From contig CP142730.1 of assembly GCA_036630325.1 (NCBI GenBank), positions 868,001-932,000 on the forward strand: a stretch of 64,000 bases of DNA, given 5' to 3'. The notes under the pieces were generated by a model. That model worked only from the letters and a program-made list of their open reading frames with translations, was not told where the DNA came from and ran no database searches. Positions 56,313-64,000 of this stretch are shown one piece after another. Within the stretch, counting starts at the first letter, position 1, and every line of letters begins with the position of its first letter. The position numbers and the translations under genes are program-made. The stretch comes from Vairimorpha necatrix (Eukaryota).

Positions 56313-57106
56313 ATAAAACTAGTTTATAATTTTTACAAAATACACATCTTTTATAATCTCAATGTTTTTTGAGATTTTATTTCATTGGATTCTTCAATAA
56401 ACTTTTGATCAATAACAGCCCATTATTGTTTAATTAGTTGAACTTTATTATGTTATTTTAAAAACTCTTTTTTGTAAATATTTCATTGTTTTGGGTTTAT
56501 ATCTAAGCTTTATATGTGCCCGGTAAAAATTAGTTCCAATTACATCCTAGGCACATAGGAAAAAAATAGGTTTTTATTCGTAATGAGAACTAACAGTACG
56601 ATGTATTTATGTTCAAACTGCTATTTAAAACCTTTTATTTTAAAAAATTAAAATTTAATTATATACAATATAAACATTAAATTCGCAATTATTTGCCAAG
56701 GAGTATTTTTCTTACGCTTACTACTTTGATTTATTTAATTTTTTTATAGTCGAAAAATATTCTCTTGAGGTTTTCTAAAAAACATTGAGCAAATATAAGT
56801 AGAATTGTTTTTGACTTTTCATTTTTTCGTGGTCTAATTACAAAGCATTACGCAATGATTTGTGAAAAAAATTCTTTATTTTTACAAAGCATATTTTTTC
56901 GTTTTAGCCGCCCTGTGATAACTAAAGCATCATGACACATGTCTTTTAAAATTTTTTAATGTGTTGCCACATTGACCACTTTTCCTATATAAATATCCTA
57001 AACATCATGAATTCTGACGAATAAAATTTTTAAAAAAAAACCTTTTGAAATTTTTTTATATAATAAAACAACTAATGTAAACAATAAGAATTTAATTTTG
57101 TTTACA

Positions 57107-58150
57107 TCAGACATTCATCATATTGCGCCTGGCTTGGTTAAGGCTTTTTCTGTAACACATGTATCCTAAAATCACAGAAACAAAAACGATTATTAAACAA
57201 CATACAAAAAGAACCACAACAGAAAAGCCATTCTCTCGACCAACTAGACGATCGTATTTAATATCTTCATTTATATCAATATAATCGCTGTAATTATCGT
57301 AAATAAAACCACTGTCTGTTGAAGGATATTTGTACCTATTTTTACAATCGGGAACAGTGTCATAAAACTCTGACAGATTATCAAGTACACTAACATATTT
57401 AGGTGTAGTTTCAGGAGATATATTATTATAATATGGTATGTTATCAATTATACTATTATAATCAGGAGTAACTGCCGGCATCCGACTAAAATGTTTTTCG
57501 GGGGAGCATTTGGCATTTATCAACTGCTCGTGTATTTTAAACGATTCTTCTTGTAAGTATTGCGTTCCATTTTTACCATAACATGCTTTAAAATGTGGAA
57601 TAAGACCTCTACACATTTTATAAACAGGAGAAGGTAGATTAACACTTATATCAATTGGTACAAAGCATGTGTGTAGATTAATTATGCCTTCAATTGTCTT
57701 TATAACCGAGGTACTGCTATTTATTATATCCTTATAACAAAGTCGCAACATATCATGATATTCAAATATTCCGAGTATAATTTTATCAATAAAAGTTTTT
57801 TCTTTTCTTGACAGTGATCTCATTAATTTATTATCCCATTTCTTAAGACTCAACGTTTCCAAATATCCGTCGTATAATTGCGAACTTCTTCTAGTGAAGC
57901 TGTTTTTTGAAGTATCATCTTGTATCATTTTTTGAAAAATGTCATGGTTAGTTATTGTGTCCCATATAAGTTTAGTAAACACACGTACATGACATTCTGA
58001 TAATTTATAAGTAACAATTCTGTAATCTAATTCTTCACAAATTTCATCGTTATTGATAATTTCTTTTAATACAGTTTCGACATTATCACTAGTATTTATA
58101 ATACCAAACATAATTATACTTATATTAGTAAAAAATAATAAGAATTTCAT
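57107..58150 (-). CDS. Hypothetical type-I membrane/surface protein
   Basis: Start at CCCCCA-ATG (58150). Signal-like N-terminus, C-terminal TM with a short basic tail. Three degenerate P.T.P.Y..i.DN...Y repeats before the TM. Confidence 0.8.
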   Translation of the reverse strand: MKFLLFFTNISIIMFGIINTSDNVETVLKEIINNDEICEELDYRIVTYKLSECHVRVFTKLIWDTITNHDIFQKMIQDDTSKNSFTRRSSQLYDGYLETLSLKKWDNKLMRSLSRKEKTFIDKIILGIFEYHDMLRLCYKDIINSSTSVIKTIEGIINLHTCFVPIDISVNLPSPVYKMCRGLIPHFKACYGKNGTQYLQEESFKIHEQLINAKCSPEKHFSRMPAVTPDYNSIIDNIPYYNNISPETTPKYVSVLDNLSEFYDTVPDCKNRYKYPSTDSGFIYDNYSDYIDINEDIKYDRLVGRENGFSVVVLFVCCLIIVFVSVILGYMCYRKSLNQARRNMMNV

Positions 58151-61100
58151 TGGGGGCATAAAAATTTTTTATCAATATATAAAAAAATAAGATAAACTTA
58201 ATTTTTTTGCAAAATAATCTGGAATTAAACACAAGACTGTATTATTTGAAATATTTAAGGAAATATATAAGCTATAAGTTTAATAAACATTGCAATTTTG
58301 ACATATGTACATTTTGGCAAAAAACAATGTTAACTAAAAAAGAATCTTTTAGTAATATCCGTCGATTTAGTAAAATAAACATGTTAATGTGCGGGATAAA
58401 TTTTGTATAAGTGCAATAGTTTTACATTTTTAAAATGAGTATAATCAAAGGTCATTTCAATGTAATTATAAGGTTAGGTAAATGAGATAAATCTTCACAG
58501 TTTTCGTTAAGAAATTCATATATAAGCAGTAACTTAAAATAAAGTATTATTGAACCAATATAAAAATATCAATCCAAAATTTGGAAGTAATATATTCTTA
58601 AAGTTTACATATCTGTATATATTGTGATTTATTAATAAATTTAGAATGCTTAATATAATTTTTTGATAATAACATCGTTAACTAGAAAATAGGAGCCTGA
58701 GTGTTAAGTTTTATAATATAAGATTACATAAACTAATATTATACACTAGAAATCAGTTTTGACTTCAAAATATTATGAATAATATACCCTTATGACTCAA
58801 TTATATTGGTTGGCAACAATAAAAAAAATTTTTTTTGAGTAAGATTGAGTAAAAATTTTTACTATGAAATTAAAATAGAACCTGCAAAGAATATCGAAAA
58901 GGAGATTTGGGTTGAAATTAATCCGTAGTTTTCTAAGCATAGACAATCTACTATGATTAGTCTATTTTAACCTAGGCTTGCAAGATGCCCTAAAAATTAT
59001 TTTCATATGTAATTTACATATTTAATGTCGACATCATAAAAAAAAATATCTAACCCCGATAAAAACTTATTTTTAGCATATCATTGATTACCGCAATTAA
59101 ATCTAGATAATAATTTTTTAAATTTTATAATTTATAAAAATCGACAAAATTGTTTTTAGTAAGAGTTTCGACTTAATATATAAAAAACATTTTTTCAATT
59201 AATAATAACATCTTTGGCAGTTTAAAGTAAATAAAACAAATTTCCTTAAATTTAAAGAGTTATTGTAAATTTTACATGCTTGTAAAAGTATAGTCAAGAT
59301 TATAAAATTGTGACAATTATGAATATTTTTAAAAATAAAATATGTGGTAACTATCAAACGTCAAATATAAAGTTTCAATTATTTTTTATTTAAATCTGTG
59401 AAAATTTTTTATTTTACAATCATTTTAATATTTTAAGTTTTAAACTTAGTTCTTGTAAATAGACGATATAGGTATGTAAAATCGTTCGTATGACAATTTT
59501 TAAGTGTTTTTAAAAAATGATTTAATGTTGTTAGATTTTTTGATATCTAGTTCTGTTTGATGGAAAAATCAGTCGGAATATAAATTATTGGTAAAGTCTC
59601 TAAAAAAATCTTTAGAAGATTTACTTTGAATTTTTGGCCAACATTATTGAAATCTGAGGCTATTTATTGACTATTATTAAAAATTAACAAAGTTTGACGA
59701 ATATTTGATTTGTAGAAACTTCAATGATAAACCTTGCCGTTAAAAACATATTCATAAAATATATGTAAAGCATGGAACATAATTAAATTCAATTCCGTTT
59801 AGAAAATATCATATAAAGCACACACTCTATTTTTATTGAATATCTATTAAATCGAATATTATTTGTAAACTCAACTGTTATTTTAAATAATTTAAAATAA
59901 AGCGTTACAGGAGCATAGTATCGCAGAACAAACCGATAAACTAAACCTCAGGAATTTGAACTATCTATATAATCTTTCAAAAAAAAAAATTCTGACTTAA
60001 AAAAAGGGTTTTTATTTGTTATATATGATATATGTAACAATTATAGCACCGATTCTACAATAGTATTGCAACTTTACCTTAAGTTAACCGTAATTTTAGT
60101 ATCTACATCCCTCTGTACATCTTAAAACAGGGTAAATGTTAGTTTTGGAGCATAGTAGCTACAAATTGGATTAAGAGCAAGCTTTATGGTGAATCTTTTC
60201 CAATTCTTTTATGCCATCGGCTGTAGATAATTGCTAAAGAAATTACAAATATTATTTACATGTAATTATAATATACTCGGTTCGTGAATTTAATATTTTT
60301 CTATCGCTCTCATTTATAAACGTTTTATTTCGATGAACCAAAATAAACTAGAATTTTTCCATAAAAATCCTTATAAAGGTATGATTAACATGCAAGTTAT
60401 ATTAATTCTTGCGAGTTTCATTCATAATTAAAAAAAAACAAATAAACATTTCTTATTATAGCTAAATCCGTTTGTCTCATATTGATCTTTTTATCAAAAA
60501 TGACTGAAAATTTATATTTTTTATTGCGAAAGGCACCCCTCTCAAAAAACTGGAAAAAAAATCTATGTTTTGTGGTACGTTTGTTGCTAATTTTTGTGTT
60601 TCCAATTTGTATTAAAATATTTTAAAGTTGATTTTATAGATCAGAATAACGTTTTTTAAGTAAGTTAAAAATTGTAAAGTTATGTAAAAACGTCTATAAT
60701 CTAATACTTGTCTTCAAAATCCTTATGTACATTTTTAATACCCATTTACTGTAAAATTAGCAGCTTTTTCGTTTTCTCGTTTTTTTGTGCAAATCTAAAT
60801 TATTCCAAACCGTTTTTTACGACATATTGATACTAAGTTTAACAAAATAAAAATTTAAAAACGATATGGACCTAAAAATTTAAATTGAAGCATAAAATCT
60901 GTATTTGACATTACTTTAATATACTAAGGATAAAATAAATAGATTGAAGATTTTTAAAGCACGAAAAGAGGGGCAAAAAATTAAATTAAATTCTTTTAAT
61001 AGTATAGTAGACAGATTTAAAAACTATGCATCAAATAATACAAATTATTGTCAGTTTAGACATAAATAAATATTGTTATAAATCATGATAAAATTAAACT

Positions 61101-61151
61101 AAGCAATATTTTTATAAATAGCAAATAAAGAAAATATAGAAAAGTTATTGT

Positions 61152-61658
61152 TTAATCTCTTATATATTTGTGAACTTTTAACACTTGTTCAAACTTTTGT
61201 TTGCACACTTTATAAAATCGTGTGAATGCCTTGTAACGCATTTTTGTATGTTTATAACACCATGATAACGTATTAGTAGCCAAGTACGATATTTTGGATC
61301 TGAATTTAGAAAATATACGAGAAATTCTTGACCAAATATTTCCTAATGATGAAGAAATTATTTCTCTCGATCTCATTATATTCTCATAGACGATTTTTTT
61401 GAATCTTTTGAAGAGCCCGGGCAATGGTTCTGAAACTTTTTTCTTTGTCTTAATGTTCTTCCAATCTAATGGAGAATTACTTAGAAGTACATAGATTTGA
61501 TCTTCCAATCTTACCACACACACTTCTTCGTTCTTTTCTTCTTGTATCTTTTGTAAAAGAGTTATTCCCAAATCCATCTTTGTAGGAGAATACAAAAGCT
61601 TCCTTATGCTGACTGTTTTAATTAAGAACAGGACTGCAAATAACAGGTTTATTTACAT
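61152..61658 (-). pseudogene. Putative secreted-protein gene with nonsense codon at position 2
   Basis: In frame with ORF 61152-61595, the upstream sequence reads ATG TAA ATA AAC CTG..., i.e. M*INLLFAVLFLIKTVS (signal-peptide-like). Confidence 0.5.
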
Positions 61659-64000
61659 AAAATTTTATATTTATATTTATTTCTGAAACAAATTTTTTGA
61701 AAAAAGAAAAGTAAATTTTAAAAAATTCTTATTAATGATTATATTAGTGATTTATCAAATTTAATTTTTCATTTTTCTATTGCATTGTTTCATTGTTTCA
61801 GATGTGTTTTGGTCTAAACATAAAAAAAGAACTTGAAAAAATATGGTTAACAATTGAATTTATGTACTTTTGTTACTAATTTTTTTTAATTTAAAGCTGT
61901 TAAACTGATTTGATATGCTTGATATCAAAGTTCTTATCAATCAAATATATTTTCAACCTTCTTTTAAAACGTATAGTGTATTTTGGACAATGTGTTTGGT
62001 GAATCAACAAACAAAAAAACACTCATTTTTAATGAAATTGATTTATAGACTATATTTCACAATTATGTATAAAATTAATGCCCTGTCAATGTTTTACAAA
62101 TACCATATATTACTTATATGATTTTTTATAATTTTATAAGTTATGATTCGGGCTATATTCTAAAAGTCGATTATAATGAAAAATAATTAGAAACATCTTG
62201 TTTCAATATGGCGAAAACATCATGCAAAAACAATTCAAGATTTTAGCAAATGCTATAACACGAAGCAGTAAAAAGACATGATGTTATGTGTGTTATAAAA
62301 AAATAGCTTTTTTTAGTCGGTAAAATATAAATACATTTACAATCAATTTATTCTAAAAATAGACCCTATAAATCTATGATAATAGTTTAAATGTAATCAA
62401 TAATATTTTTTTTTTTAAAAATGATTTCTGGTTTTTTTTTAAATAATAAAATGTTTTTTTGCACGTAAATTTTCTCCTTTGTCATTATAGCTATTCTTAT
62501 ATTAATTTAATATTTATCATCAAAAGATATTTATCATTGAGTAAGTTAAATGAACAGACAGAAATGATATAATTTATGATCTGAATAAATTATAAAGCAT
62601 ATTCAGAAATTTATCATAATTTTGTAAATATTTTCTAAAATGTACCGGGTTATTCATTATTTTCTAGTAACTAAAAGCCTAATGCATTGTTTTGAAAAAT
62701 TAGAAACTTTGTTTTTTTACGAACAAACTCCTCAAGTTTACTATTATATGAAGAGATTTTATCATTATAAACAGTAAATTCTGTGCACGGCAATTTTAAA
62801 GATTACATTAGAAGAGTTTTATTTTTAGTCCAAAAAGACTTTATTTAGTAAAAATATCTCGTGCGACATACAGTTGCTTAGCGAGTTTTAATGGACAAAA
62901 AGACAATATGTGCATATAATCCCTAGGATCATACATTATAGAAATATGAGATATTTGACACTTAAAAAATAGTTTATGGAATATATTATATAAGATTTTT
63001 GCATCTATGTGTCTTTATCAAATTTTTGGGCGACGTTCCATAATTGAAATTATGGCTATAGCGAGACAGGGCGATTCTACGGAAAGACAATAGTAAAAAA
63101 CATTCCTTTTCTCAAATTATGCCACACATCTTGTAAAAAAGTTTTTAATGATATTGTCTTGTGTTTTTTTTTACTATGGTATAAAACATTTCAGTCCAGA
63201 TAGAACTAAATTATTGTTACGGCCTAATTAATTATGTTAAGCTAAATGAGCAGACTTTATAAATCGAAGTTTACGCAAACAAATTGACAAAAATCACGTA
63301 TATGAAGTGCAATATGCATTTATCTGAAGGATCAAAAATAAATTTATATTGTTCAAACAATTATAATTATTTTTGTTAAATCTAATATATACAAAATGAC
63401 TGCAAGATACTTCAAAACATTTTCTGTTATTATTTGTATTAAAATCTTTAAAACTATTATTTTTCACTGTAGATAAATTAAAAATAATTTTGATAGTATT
63501 ATTATGCAATTAAACAATAAAATTTATCGTTCCCAAAAGGATAAAACTCATGAATTGCCCATATTATACATCAATTGCCTATAAAACCATGTAAATCGAG
63601 ATAAACATTTTGATTTGTTACGCATTGTTTTTTGATAATCACATTGGTTGAATTGCTACAAAATTACTACAAACTATGTATCGTTAAAAAACTTTTTATT
63701 TAAAGTAACACAACAATTACTTTTTTTCAGGATTATTTATTTCATAATATTAGAGATTTTTCTTATATTATGTTTAAAATTTAAAAAATCAATCAATTGT
63801 GCAAAATGCATATAATGTAAAGACGAGTTTCTTTTATTCTTCGTAAATTTTTAAAATCATTTCTTTCTCTTGTCGTTTTTTAAAAATTAAGAAATTATAC
63901 GTTCATCATTTTTATGTATTTTTGCTAACAAGGCCCGTTACAAAACAGTATATACAAAAAAGAATCTAAAATATCGATAGCAGCGAAACGTTTTTTAAGA

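Noticed and set aside
61634-61656. 23-nt GT...AG micro-intron after the start codon
   Set aside because: Splicing would give ATT rather than ATG and remove part of the signal-like peptide. It lacks the GTAAGT donor consensus.
58200-64000. Short ORFs and possible RNA genes in the AT-rich tail
   Set aside because: No recognisable motifs or start signals. I could not identify any tRNA, rRNA or snRNA by eye here or elsewhere in the window.

Overview
AT-rich eukaryotic DNA with the hallmarks of a microsporidian genome (Nosema/Vairimorpha-like, inferred): short, apparently intron-less genes with a CCC/GGG motif just before the ATG. Housekeeping genes occur in two areas. At 2.5-8.4 kb are Sec61-gamma, Brr6/Brl1, Pus7/TruD, RPL21, SmG and RPS9. 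At 42.6-56.3 kb are a PITP, a DDX60/Ski2-like helicase, an M12B metalloprotease, a Utp21-like protein and RPA2. Between them lies a TE-rich region (9-39 kb) built on a ~6 kb segmental duplication that carries a lineage-specific ~770-aa gene. The most striking content is two intact, mutually divergent Ty3/Gypsy elements of only ~3.1 kb. Each has identical micro-LTRs (38 bp and 49 bp; TG...CA, 5-bp TSD, PBS-like TGG, PPT) and a single ORF with a tiny Gag/CCHC plus RT, RNase H and integrase but no visible aspartic protease. Their start codons lie inside the LTR or at the LTR/PBS junction. Also present: two 519-bp non-autonomous Helitron-like copies plus an older copy split by a Gypsy insertion, three distinct Merlin (IS1595/ISXO2-like) transposons with 8-bp TSDs, a Merlin-type MITE, a fold-back element, a Ginger-like integrase transposon fossil, and MULE and non-LTR relics.
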